DNA of 64,000 nucleotides, taken from assembly GCF_009914755.1 (NCBI RefSeq), contig NC_060925.1; one strand, given 5' to 3'. Made by a program: the position numbers and the translations under genes. Under the pieces are notes generated by a model. That model searched no databases. It saw only the letters and a list, made by a program, of their open reading frames with translations, and was not told the DNA's origin. Positions within the stretch are counted from its first letter, which is position 1; each line of letters begins with the position of its first letter. Shown piece after piece: positions 1 to 13,810 of this stretch. The DNA is from the human T2T-CHM13v2.0 reference genome, Homo sapiens.

Positions 1-1674
1 AACAGAATTGAATGGAATCGTCATCGAATGAATTGAATGCAATCATCGAATGGTCTCGAATGGAATCATCTTCTAATGGAAAGGAATGGAATCATCGCAT
101 AGAATCGAATGGAATTATCATCGAATGGAATCGAATGGTATCAACACCAAACGGAAAAAAACGGAATTATCGAATGGAATCGAAGAGAATCTTCGAACGG
201 ACCCGAATGGAATCATCTAATGGAATGGAATGGAATAATCCATGGACTCGAATGCAATCATCATCGAATGGAATGGAATGGAATCATCGAATGGACTCGA
301 ATGGAATAATCATTGAACGGAATCGAATGGAATCATCATCGGATGGAAACGAATGGAATCATCATCGAATGGAAATGAAAGGAGTCATCATCTAATGGAA
401 TTGCATGGAATCATCATAAAATGGAATCGAATGGAATCAACATCAAATGGAATCAAATGGAATCATTGAACGGAATTGAATGGAATCGTCATCGAATGAA
501 TTGACTGCAATCATCGAATGGTCTCGAATGGAATCATCTTCAAATGGAATGGAATGGAATCATCGCATAGAATCGAATGGAATTATCATCGAATGGAATC
601 GAATGGAATCAACATCAAACGGAAAAAAACGGAATTATCAAATGGAATCGAAGAGAATCATCGAATGGACCCGAATGGAATCATCTAATGGAATGGAATG
701 GAATAATCCATGGACTCGAATGCAATCATCATCGAATGGAATCGAATGGAATCATCGAATGGACTCGAATGGAATAATCATTGAACGGAATCGAATGGAA
801 TCATCATCGGATGGAAATGAATGGAATCATCATCGAATGGAATCGAATAGAATTATGGAATGAAATCCAGTGTGATCATCATCGAATGGACCCGAATGGA
901 ATCATCATCCAACGGAAGCTAATGGAATCAACATCGAATGAATCGAATGGAAACACCATCGAATTGAAACGAATGGAATTATCATGAAATTGAAATGGAT
1001 GGACTCATCATCGAATGGATTCGAATGGAATCATCGAATAAAATTGATTGAAATCATCATCCAATGGAATCGAATGGTATCATTGAATGGAATCGAATGG
1101 AATCATCATCAGATGGAAATGAATGGAATCGTCATAGAATGGAATCGAATGGATTCATTGAATGGAATCAGATGGAATCATCGAATGGACTGGAATGGAA
1201 TCATTGAATGGACTCGAAAGGGATCATGATTGAATGGAATTGAATGGAATCATCGAATGGTCTCGATTGGAATCATTATCAAATGGAATCGAATGGAATC
1301 ACCGAATAGAATCGAATGGAACAATCATCGAATGGACTCAAATGGAATTATCCTCCAATGGAATCGAATGGAATTATCGAATGCAATCGAATGGAATTAT
1401 CGAATGCAATCGAATAGAATCATCGAATGGACTCGAATGGAATCATCGAATGGAATGGAATGGAACAGTCAATGAACTCGAATGGAATCATCATTGAATG
1501 GAATCGAATGGAATCATCGAGTGGAATCGAATGGAATTATGATCAAATGGAATCGAATGTAATCATCATCAAATGAAATCAAAAATAACCATCATCAATT
1601 GGTATTGAATGGAATTGTCATCAAATGGAATTCAAAGGAATCATCATCAAATGGAACCGAATGGAATCCTCATT

Positions 1675-2615
1675 GAATGGAAATGAAAGGGGTCATCATC
1701 TAATGGAATCGCATGGAATCATCATCAAATGGAATCGAATGGAATCATCATCAAATGGAATCTAATGGAATCATTGAACAGAATTGAATGGAATCGTCAT
1801 CGAATGAATTGAATGCAATCATCGAATGGTCTCGAATGGAATCATCTTCTAATGGAAAGGAATGGAATCATCGCATAGAATCGAATGGAATTATCAGCGA
1901 ATGGAATCGAATGGTATCAACACCAAACGGAAAAAAACGGAATTATCGAATGGAATCGAAGAGAATCTTCGAACGGACCCGAATGGAATCATCTAATGGA
2001 ATGGAATGGAATAATCCATGGACTCGAATGCAATCATCATCGAATGGAATCGAATGGAATCATCGAATGGACTCGAATGGAATAATCATTGAACGGAATC
2101 GATTGGAATCATCATCGGATGGAAACGAATGGAATCATCATCGAATGGAAATGAAAGGAGTCATCATCTAATGGAATTGCATGGAATCATCATAAAATGG
2201 AATCGAATGGAATCAACATCAAATGGAATCAAATGGAATCATTGAACGGAATTGAATGGAATCGTCATCGAATGAATTGACTGCAATCATCCAATGGTCT
2301 CGAATGGAATCATCTTCAAATGGAAGGGAATGGAATCATCGCATAGAATCGAATGGAATTATCATCGAATGGAATCGAATGGAATCAACATCAAACGGAA
2401 AAAAACAGAATTATCGTATGGAATCGAAGAGAATCATCGAATGGACCCGAATGGAATCATCTAATGGAATGGAATGGAATAATCCATGGACTCGAATGCA
2501 ATCATCATCGAATGGAATCGAATGGAATCATCGAATGGACTCGAATGGAATAATCATTGAACGGAATCGAATGGAATCATCATCGGATGGAAATGAATGG
2601 AATCATCATCGAATG
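1675..2615 (+). repeat. Internal 468-bp direct duplication within each unit (subunits A and B; example copy)
   Basis: GAATGGAAATGAAAGGGGTCATCATCTAATGG (~1675) reappears as GAATGGAAATGAAAGGAGTCATCATCTAATGG 468 bp later; ORF starts 1788 and 2256 differ by 468. Diagnostic alleles A/B: TTGAATGC/TTGACTGC, TCTTCTAAT/TCTTCAAAT, ACACCAAAC/ACATCAAAC, TCTTCGAACGG/TCATCGAATGG. Confidence 0.92.
1763..1773 (+). promoter_or_regulatory. Candidate DUX4 motif TAATGGAATCA (example; a second per unit at e.g. 920-930)
   Basis: Matches the DUX4 consensus TAAYBBAATCA, and DUX4 is known to bind and activate HSATII. Occupancy at these particular copies cannot be shown from sequence. Confidence 0.4.
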
Positions 2616-5328
2616 GAATCGAATAGAATTATGGAATGAAATCCAGTGTGATCATCATCGAATGGACCCGAATGGAATCATCATCCAACGGAAGCTAATG
2701 GAATCAACATCGAATGAATCGAATGGAAACACCATCGAATTGAAACGAATGGAATTATCATGAAATTGAAATGGATGGACTCATCATCGAATGGATTCGA
2801 ATGGAATCATCGAATAAAATTGAATGAAATCATCATCGAATGGAATCGAATGGTATCATTGAATGGAATCGAATGGAATCATCATCAGATGGAAATGAAT
2901 GGAATCGTCATAGAATGGAATCGAATGGATTCATTGAATGGAATCAGAAGGAATCATCGAATGGACTGGAATGGAATCATTGAATGGACTCGAAAGGGAT
3001 CATGATTGAATGGAATTGAATGGAATCATCGAATGGTCTCGATTGGAATCATTATCAAATGGAATCGAATGGAATCACCGAATAGAATCGAATGGAACAG
3101 TCATCGCATGGACTCAAATGGAATTATCCTCAAATGGAATCGAATGGAATTATCGAATGCAATCGAATGGAACTATCGAATGCAATCGAATAGAATCATC
3201 GAATGGACTCGAATGGAATCATCGAATGGAATGGAATGGAACAGTTAATGAACTCGAATGGAATCATCATTGAATGGAATCGAATGGAATCATCGAGTGG
3301 AATCGAATGGAATTATGATCAAATGGAATCGAATGTAATCATCATCAAATGGAATCAAAAATAACCATCAACAATTGGTATTGAATGGAATTGTCATCAA
3401 ATGGAATTCAAAGGAATCATCATCAAATGGAACCGAATGGAATCCTCATTGAATGGAAATGAAAGGGGTCATCATCTAATGGAATCGCATGGAATCATCA
3501 TCAAATGGAATCGAATGGAATCATCATCAAATGGAATCTAATGGAATCATTGAACAGAATTGAATGGAATCGTCATCGAATGAATTGAATGCAATCATCG
3601 AATGGTCTCGAATGGAATCATCTTCTAATGGAAAGGAATGGAATCATCGCATAGAATCGAATGGAATTATCATCGAATGGAATCGAATGGTATCAACACC
3701 AAACGGAAAAAAACGGAATTATCGAATGGAATCGAAGAGAATCTTCGAACGGACCCGAATGGAATCATCTAATGGAATGGAATGGAATAATCCATGGACT
3801 CGAATGCAATCATCATCGAATGGAATGGAATGGAATCATCGAATGGACTCGAATGGAATAATCATTGAACGGAATCGAATGGAATCATCATCGGATGGAA
3901 ACGAATGGAATCATCATCGAATGGAAATGAAAGGAGTCATCATCTAATGGGATTGCATGGAATCATCATAAAATGGAATCGAATGGAATCAACATCAAAT
4001 GGAATCAAATGGAATCATTGAACGGAATTGAATGGAATCGTCATCGAATGAATTGACTGCAATCATCGAATGGTCTCGAATGGAATCATCTTCAAATGGA
4101 ATGGAATGGAATCATCGCATAGAATCGAATGGAATTATCATCGAATGGAATCGAATGGAATCAACATCAAACGGAAAAAAAAAGAATTATCGTATGGAAT
4201 CGAAGAGAATCATCGAATGGACCTGAATGGAATCATCTAATGGAATGGAATGGAATAATCCATGGACTCGAATGCAATCATCATCGAATGGAATCGAATG
4301 GAATCATCGAATGGACTCGAATGGAATAATCATTGAACGGAATCGAATGGAATCATCATCGGATGGAAATGAATGGAATCATCATCGAATGGAATCGAAT
4401 AGAATTATGGAATGAAATCCAGTGTGATCATCATCGAATGGACCCGAATGGAATCATCATCCAACGGAAGCTAATGGAATCAACATCGAATGAATCGAAT
4501 GGAAACACCATCGAATTGAAACGAATGGAATTATCATGAAATTGAAATGGATGGACTCATCATCGAATGGATTCGAATGGAATCATCGAATAAAATTGAT
4601 TGAAATCATCATCGAATGGAATCGAATGGTATCATTGAATGGAATCGAATGGAATCATCATCAGATGGAAATGAATGGAATCGTCATAGAATGGAATCGA
4701 ATGGATTCATTGAATGGAATCAGATGGAATCATCGAATGGACTGGAATGGAATCATTGAATGGACTCGAAAGGGATCATGATTGAATGGAATTGAATGGA
4801 ATCATCGAATGGTCTCGATTGGAATCATTATCAAATGGAATCGAATGGAATCACCGAATAGAATCGAATGGAACAAGCATCGAATGGACTCAAATGGAAT
4901 TATCCTCAAATGGAATCGAATGGAATTATCGAATGCAATCGAATGGAATTATCGAATGCAATCGAATAGAATCATCGAAAGGACTCGAATGGAATCATCG
5001 AATGGAATGGAATGGAACAGTCAATGAACTCGAACGGAATCATCATTGAATGGAATCGAATGGAATCATCGAGTGGAATCGAATGGAATTATGATCAAAT
5101 GGAATCGAATGTAATCATCATCAAATGGAATCAAAAATAACCATCATCAATTGGTATTGAATGGAATTGTCATCAAATGGAATTCAAAGGAATCATCATC
5201 AAATGGAACCGAATGGAATCCTCATTGAATGGAAATGAAAGGGGTCATCATCTAATGGAATCGCATGGAATCATCATCAAATGGAATCGAATGGAATCAT
5301 CATCAAATGGAATCTAATGGAATCATTG

Positions 5329-6636
5329 AACAGAATTGAATGGAATCGTCATCGAATGAATTGAATGCAATCATCGAATGGTCTCGAATGGAATCATCTT
5401 CTTATGGAAAGGAATGGAATCATCGCATAGAATCGAACGGAATTATCATCGAATGGAATCGAATGGTATCAACACCAAACGGAAAAAAACGGAATTATCG
5501 AATGGAATCGAAGAGAATCTTCGAACGGACCCGAATGGAATCATCTAATGGAATGGAATGGAATAATCCATGGACTCGAATGCAATCATCATCGAATGGA
5601 ATCGAATGGAATCATCGAATGGACTCGAATGGAATAATCATTGAACGGAATCGAATGGAATCATCATCGGATGGAAATGAATGGAATCATCATCGAATGG
5701 AATCGAATAGAATTATGGAATGAAATCCAGTGTGATCATCATCGAATGGACCCGAATGGAATCATCATCCAACGGAAGCTAATGGAATCAACATCGAATG
5801 AATCGAATGGAAACACCATCGAATTGAAACGAATGGAATTATCATGAAATTGAAATGGATGGACTCATCATCGAATGGATTCGAATGGAATCATCGAATA
5901 AAATTGATTGAAATCATCATCCAATGGAATCGAATGGTATCATTGAATGGAATCGAATGGAATCATCATCAGATGGAAATGAATGGAATCGTCATAGAAT
6001 GGAATCGAATGGATTCATTGAATGGAATCAGATGGAATCATCGAATGGACTGGAATGGAAACATTGAATGGACTCGAAAGGGATCATTATTGAATGGAAT
6101 TGAATGGAATCATCGAATGGTCTCGATTGGAATCATTACCAAATGGAATCGAAAGGAATCACCGAATAGAATCGAATGGAACAATCATCGAATGGACTCA
6201 AATGGAATTATCCTCAAATGGAATCGAATGGAATTATCGAATGCAATCGAATGGAATTATCGAATGCAATCGAATAGAATCATCGAATGGACTCGAATGG
6301 AATCATCGAATGGAATGGAATGGAACAGTCAATGAACTCGAATGGAATCATCATTGAATGGAATCGAATGGAATCATCGAGTGGAATCGAATGGAATTAT
6401 GATCAAATGGAATCGAATGTAATCATCATCAAATGGAATCAAAAATAACCATCATCAATTGGTATTGAATGGAATTGTCATCAAATGGAATTCAAAGGAA
6501 TCATCATCAAATGGAACCGAATGGAATCCTCATTGAATGGAAATGAAAGGGGTCATCATCTAATGGAATCGCATGGAATCATCATCAAATGGAATCGAAT
6601 GGAATCATCATCAAATGGAATCTAATGGAATCATTG
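5329..6636 (+). repeat. 1308-bp contracted unit (1776-468), single A/B chimeric subunit
   Basis: ORF starts 5340 to 6648 = 1308; A-type 5' alleles run directly into the B-type ending GGAAATGAATGG...AATAGAATTATGG. Confidence 0.93.
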
Positions 6637-8435
6637 AACAGAATTGAATGGAATGGTCATCGAATGAATTGAATGCAATCATCGAATGGTCTCGAATGGA
6701 ATCATCTTCTAATGGAAAGGAATGGAATCATCGCATAGAATCGAATGGAATTATCATCGAATGGAATCGAATGGTATCAACACCAAACGGAAAAAAACGG
6801 AATTATCGAATGGAATCGAAGAGAATCTTCGAACGGACCCGAATGGAATCATCTAATGGAATGGAATGGAATAATCCATGGACTCGAATGCAATCATCAT
6901 CGAATGGAATCGAATGGAATCATCGAATGGACTCGAATGGAATAATCATTGAACGGAATCGAATGGAATCATCATCGGATGGAAACGAATGGAATCATCA
7001 TCGAATGGAAATGAAAGGAGTCATCATCTAATGGAATTGCATGGAATCATCATAAAATGGAATCGAATGGAATCAACATCAAATGGAATCAAATGGAATC
7101 ATTGAACGGAATTGAATGGAATCGTCATCGAATGAATTGACTGCAATCATCCAATGGTCTCGAATGGAATCATCTTCAAATGGAATGGAATGGAATCATC
7201 GCATAGAATCGAATGGAATTATCATCGAATGGAATCGAATGGAATCAACATCAAACGGAAAAAAACGGAATTATCGAATGGAATCGAAGAGAATCATCGA
7301 ATGGACCCGAATGGAATCATCTAATGGAATGGAATGGAATAATCCATGGACTCGAATGCAATCATCATCGAATGGAATCGAATGGAATCATCGAATGGAC
7401 TCGAATCGAATAATCATTGAACGGAATCGAATGGAATCATCATCGGATGGAAATGAATGGAATCATCATCGAATGGAATCGAATAGAATTATGGAATGAA
7501 ATCCAGTGTGATCATCATCGAATGGACCCGAATGGAATCATCATCCAACGGAAGCTAATGGAATCAACATCGAATGAATCGAATGGAAACACCATCGAAT
7601 TGAAACGAATGGAATTGTCATGAAATTGAAATGGATGGACTCATCATCGAATGGATTCGAATGGAATCATCGAATAAAATTGATTGAAATCATCATCCAA
7701 TGGAATCGAATGGTATCATTGAATGGAATCGAATGGAATCATCATCAGATGGAAATGAATGGAATCGTCATAGAATGGAATCGAATGGATTCATTGAATG
7801 GAATCAGATGGAATCATCGAATGGACTGGAATGGAATCATTGAATGGACACGAAAGGGATCATTATTGAATGGAATTGAATGGAAGCATCGAATGGTCTC
7901 GATTGGAATCATTATCAAATGGAATCGAATGGAATCACCGAATGGAATCGAATGGAACAATCATCGAATGGACTCAAATGGAATTATCCTCCAATGGAAT
8001 CGAATGGAATTATCGAATGCAATCGAATGGAATTATCGAATGCAATCGAATGGAATTATCGAATGCAATCGAATAGAATCATCGAATGGACTCGAATGGA
8101 ATCATCGAATGGAATGGAATGGAACAGTCAATGAACTCGAATGGAATCATCATTGAATGGAATCGAATGGAATCATCGAGTGGAATCGAATGGAATTATG
8201 ATCAAATGGAATCGAATGTAATCCTCATCAAATGGAATCAAAAATAACCATCATCAATTGGTATTGAATGGAATTGTCATCAAATGGAATTCAAAGGAAT
8301 CATCATCAAATGGAACCGAATGGAATCCTCATTGAATGGAAATGAAAGGGGTCATCATCTAATGGAATCGCATGGAATCATCATCAAATGGAATCGAATG
8401 GAATCATCATCAAATGGAATCTAATGGAATCATTG
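6637..8435 (+). repeat. 1799-bp unit (+23 bp)
   Basis: AATCGAATGGAATTATCGAATGC is present three times (7998-8066) instead of twice. Confidence 0.9.
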
Positions 8436-10162
8436 AACAGAATTGAATGGAATCGTCATCGAATGAATTGAATGCAATCATCGAATGGTCTCGAATGGAA
8501 TCATCTTCTAAAGGAAAGGAATGGAATCATCGCATAGAATCGAATGGAATTATCATCGAATAGAATCGAATGGTATCAACACCAAACGGAAAAAAACGGA
8601 ATTATCGAATGGAATCGAAGAGAATCTTCGAACGGACCCGAATGGAATCATCTAATGGAATGGAATGGAATAGTCCATGGACTCGAATGCAATCATCATC
8701 GAATGGAATCGAATGGAATCATCGAATGGACTCGAATGGAATAATCATTGAACGGAATCGAATGGAATCATCATCGGATGGAAACGAATGGAATCATCAT
8801 CGAATGGAAATGAAAGGAGTCATCATCTAATGGAATTGCATGGAATCATCATAAAATGGAATCGAATGGAATCAACATCAAATGGAATCAAATGGAATCA
8901 TTGAACGGAATTGAATGGAATCGTCATCGAATGAATTGACTGCAATCATCGAATGGTCTCGAATGGAATCATCTTCAAATGGAATGGAATGGAATCATCG
9001 CATAGAATCGAATGGAATTATCATCGAATGGAATCGAATGGAATCAACATCAAACGGAAAAAAACGGAATTATCGAATGGAATCGAAGAGAATCATCGAA
9101 TGGACCCGAATGGAATCATCTAATGGAATGGAATGGAATAATCCATGGACTCGAATGCAATCATCATCGAATGGAATCGAATGGAATCATCGAATGGACT
9201 CGAATGGAATAATCATTGAACGGAATAGAATGGAATCATCATCGGATGGAAATGAATGGAATCATCATCTAATGGAATCGAATAGAATTATGGAATGAAA
9301 TCCAGTGTGATCATCATCGAATGGACCCGAATGGAATCATCATCCAACGGAAGCTAATGGAATCAACATCGAATGAATCAAATGGAAACACCATCGAATT
9401 GAAACGAATGGAATTATCATGAAATTGAAATGGATGGACTCATCATCGAATGGAATCGAATGGTATCATTGAATGGAATCGAATGGAATCATCATCAGAT
9501 GGAAATGAATGGAATCGTCATAGAATGGAATCGAATGGATTCATTGAATGGAATCAGATGGAATCATCGAATGGACTGGAATGGAATCATTGAATGGACT
9601 CGAAAGGGATCATGATTGAATGGAATTGAATGGAATCATCGAATGGTCTCGATTGGAATCATTATCAAATGGAATCGAATGGAATCACCGAATAGAATCG
9701 AATGGAACAATCATCGAATGGACTCAAATGGAATTATCCTCCAATGGAATCGAATGGAATTATCGAATGCAATCGAATGGAATTATCGAATGCAATCGAA
9801 TAGAATCATCGAATGGACTCGAATGGAATCATCGAATGGAATGGAATGGAACAGTCAATGAACTCGAATGGAATCATCATTGAATGGAATCGAATGGAAT
9901 CATCGAGAGGAATCGAATGGAATTATGATCAAATGGAATCGAATGTAATCATCATCAAATGGAATCAAAAATAACCATCATCAATTGGTATTGAATGGAA
10001 TTGTCATCAAATGGAATTCAAAGGAATCATCATCAAATGGAACCGAATGGAATCCTCATTGAATGGAAATGAAAGGGGTCATCATCTAATGGAATCGCAT
10101 GGAATCATCATCAAATGGAATCGAAAGGAATCATCATCAAATGGAATCTAATGGAATCATTG
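8436..10162 (+). repeat. 1727-bp unit (49-bp deletion)
   Basis: The segment containing GGATTCG...ATAAAATTGATTGAAA is missing at ~9440-9454. Confidence 0.9.
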
Positions 10163-13100
10163 AACAGAATTGAATGGAATCGTCATCGAATGAATTGAAT
10201 GCAATCATCGAATGGTCTCGAATGGAATCATCTTCTAATGGAAAGGAATGGAATCATCGCATAGAATCGAATGGAATTATCATCGAATGGAATCGAATGG
10301 TATCAACACCAAACGGAAAAAAACGGAATTATCGAATGGAATCGAAGAGAATCTTCGAACGGACCCGAATGGAATCATCTAATGGAATGGAATGGAATAA
10401 TCCATGGACTCGAATGCAATCATCATCGAATGGAATCGAATGGAATCATCGAATGGACTCGAATGGAATAATCATTGAACGGAATCGAATGGAATCATCA
10501 TCGGATGGAAACGAATGGAATCATCATCGAATGGAAATGAAAGGAGTCATCATCTAATGGAATTGCATGGAATCATCATCAAATGGAATCGAATGGAATC
10601 AACATCAAATGGAATCAAATGGAATCATTGAACGGAATTGAATGGAATCGTCATCGAATGAATTGACTGCAATCATCGAATGGTCTCGAATGGAATCATC
10701 TTCAAATGGAATGGAATGGAATCATCCCATAGAATGGAATGGAATTATCATCGAATGGAATCGAATGGAATCAACATCAAACGGAAAAAAACGGAATTAT
10801 CGAATGGAATCGAAGAGAATCATCGAATGGACCCGAATGGAATCATCTAATGGAATGGAATGGAATAATCCATGGACTCGAATGCAATCATCATCGAATG
10901 GAATCGAATGGAATCATCGAATGGACTCGAATGGAATAATCATTGAACGGAATCGAATTGAATCATCATCGGATGGAAACGAATGGAATCATCATCGAAT
11001 GGAAATGAAAGGAGTCATCATCTAATGGAATTGCATGGAATCATCATAAAATGGAATCGAATGGAATCAACATCAAATGGAATCAAATGGAATCATTGAA
11101 CGGAATTGAATGGAATCGTCATCGAATGAATTGACTGCAATCATCCAATGGTCTCGAATGGAATCATCTTCAAATGGAATGGAATGGAATCATCGCATAG
11201 AATCGAATGGAATTATCATCGAATGGAATCGAATGGAATCAACATCCAACGGAAAAAAACGGAATTATCGAATGGAATCGAAGAGAATCATCGAATGGAC
11301 CCGAATGGAATCATCTAATGGAATGGAATGGAATAATCCATGGACTCGAATGCAATCATCATCGAATGGAATCGAATGGAATCATCGAATGGACTCGAAT
11401 GGAATAATCATTGAACGGAATCGAATGGAATCATCATCGGATGGAAACGAATGGAATCATCATCGAATGGAAATGAAAGGAGTCATCATCTAATGGAATT
11501 GCATGGAATCATCATAAAATGGAATCGAATGGAATCAACATCAAATGGAATCAAATGGAATCATTGAACGGAATTGAATGGAATCGTCATCGAATGAATT
11601 GACTGCAATCATCCAATGGTCTCGAATGGAATCATCTTCAAATGGAATGGAATGGAATCATCGCATAGAATCGAATGGAATTATCATCGAATGGAATCGA
11701 ATGGAATCAACATCCAACGGAAAAAAACGGAATTATCGAATGGAATCGAAGAGAATCATCGAATGGACCCGAATGGAATCATCTAATGGAATGGAATGGA
11801 ATAATCCATGGACTCGAATGCAATCATCATCGAATGGAATCGAATGGAATCATCGAATGGACTCGAATGGAATAATCATTGAACGGAATCGAATGGAATC
11901 ATCATCGGATGGAAACGAATGGAATCATCATCGAATGGAAATGAAAGGAGTCATCATCTAATGGAATTGCATGGAATCATCATAAAATGGAATCGAATGG
12001 AATCAACATCAAATGGAATCAAATGGAATCATTGAACGGAATTGAATGGAATCGTCATCGAATGAATTGACTGCAATCATCCAATGGTCTCGAATGGAAT
12101 CATCTTCAAATGGAATGGAATGGAATCATCGCATAGAATCGAATGGAATTATCATCGAATGGAATCGAATGGAATCAACATCCAACGGAAAAAAACGGAA
12201 TTATCGAATGGAATCGAAGAGAATGATCGAATGGACCCGAATGGAATCATCTAATGGAATGGAATGGAATAATCCATGGACTCGAATGCAATCATCATCG
12301 AATGGAATCGAATGGAATCATCGAATGGACTCGAATGGAATAATCATTGAACGGAATCGAATGGAATCATCATCGGATGGAAACGAATGGAATCATCATC
12401 GAATGGAAATGAAAGGAGTCATCATCTAATGGAATTGCATGGAATCATCATCAAATGGAATCGAATGGAATCAACATCAAATGGAATCAAATGGAATCAT
12501 TGAACGGAATTGAATGGAATCGTCATCGAATGAATTGACTGCAATCATCGAATGGTCTCGAATGGAATCATCTTCAAATGGAATGGAATGGAATCATCGC
12601 ATAGAATCGAATGGAATTATCATCGAATGGAATCGAATGGAATCAACATCAAACGGAAAAAAACGGAATTATCGAATGGAATCGAAGAGAATCATCGAAT
12701 GGACCCGAATGGAATCATCTAATGGAATGGAATGGAATAATCCATGGACTCGAATGCAATCATCATCGAATGGAATCGAATGGAATCATCGAATGGACTC
12801 GAATGGAATAATCATTGAACGGAATCGAATGGAATCATCATCGGATGGAAATGAATGGAATCATCGTCGAATGGAATCGAATAGAATTATGGAATGAAAT
12901 CCAGTGTGATCATCATCGAATGGACCCGAATGGAATCATCATCCAACGGAAGCTAATGGAATCAACATCGAATGAATCGAATGGAAACACCATCGAATTG
13001 AAACGAATGGAATTATCATGAAATTGAAATGGATGGACTCATCATCGGATGGATTCGAATGGAATCATCGAATAAAATTGAATGAAATCATCATCGAATG

Positions 13101-13810
13101 GAATCGAATGGTATCATTGAATGGAATCGAATGGAATCATCATCAGATGGAAATGAATGGAATCGTCATAGAATGGAATCGAATGGATTCATTGAATGGA
13201 ATCAGATGGAATCATCGAATGGACTGGAATGGAATCATTGAATGGACTCGAAAGGGATCATGATTGAATGGAATTGAATGGAATCATCGAATGGTCTCGA
13301 TTGGAATCATTATCAAATGGAATCGAATGGAATCACCGAATAGAATCGAATGGAACAGTCATCGCATGGACTCAAATGGAATTATCCTCAAATGGAATCG
13401 AATGGAATTATCGAATGCAATCGAATGGAATTATCGAATGCAATCGAATAGAATCATCGAATGGACTCGAATGGAATCATCGAATGGAATGGAATGGAAC
13501 AGTCAATGAACTCGAATGGAATCATCATTGAATGGAATCGAATGGAATCATCGAGTGGAATCGAATGGAATTATGATCAAATGGAATCGAATGTAGTCAT
13601 CATCAAATGGAATCAAAAATAACCATCATCAATTGGTATTGAATGGAATTGTCATCAAATGGAATTCAAAGGAATCATCATCAAATGGAACCGAATGGAA
13701 TCCTCATTGAATGGAAATGAAAGGGGTCATCATCTAATGGAATCGCATGGAATCATCATCAAATGGAATCGAATGGAATCATCATCAAATGGAATCTAAT
13801 GGAATCATTG
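10163..13810 (+). repeat. 3648-bp expanded unit with six 468-bp subunits
   Basis: ORF starts at 10174, 10642, 11110, 11578, 12046, 12514 (468 spacing); 1776+4x468=3648. Confidence 0.94.

Larger units (their letters stand above)
1..5328 (+). repeat. Three canonical 1776-bp units (1-1776, 1777-3552, 3553-5328)
   Basis: Equivalent ORF starts at 12, 1788, 3564, 5340 differ by exactly 1776. Confidence 0.95.

Noticed and set aside
186-196. AGAATCTTCG as a heat-shock element (nGAAnnTTCn)
   Set aside because: Only two correctly spaced pentamers, whereas canonical HSF1 sites need three; HSF1 stress bodies are mainly linked to HSat3.
1045-1050. AATAAA-like polyadenylation signal near 1037-1042 in each unit (CGAATAAAATTG)
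   Set aside because: Expected by chance in A-rich satellite; no associated gene structure or GU-rich downstream element.
5844-6335. Longer 163-178 aa read-through ORFs in some units
   Set aside because: Caused by a single TGA>TTA variant segregating among units; no sign of coding selection.
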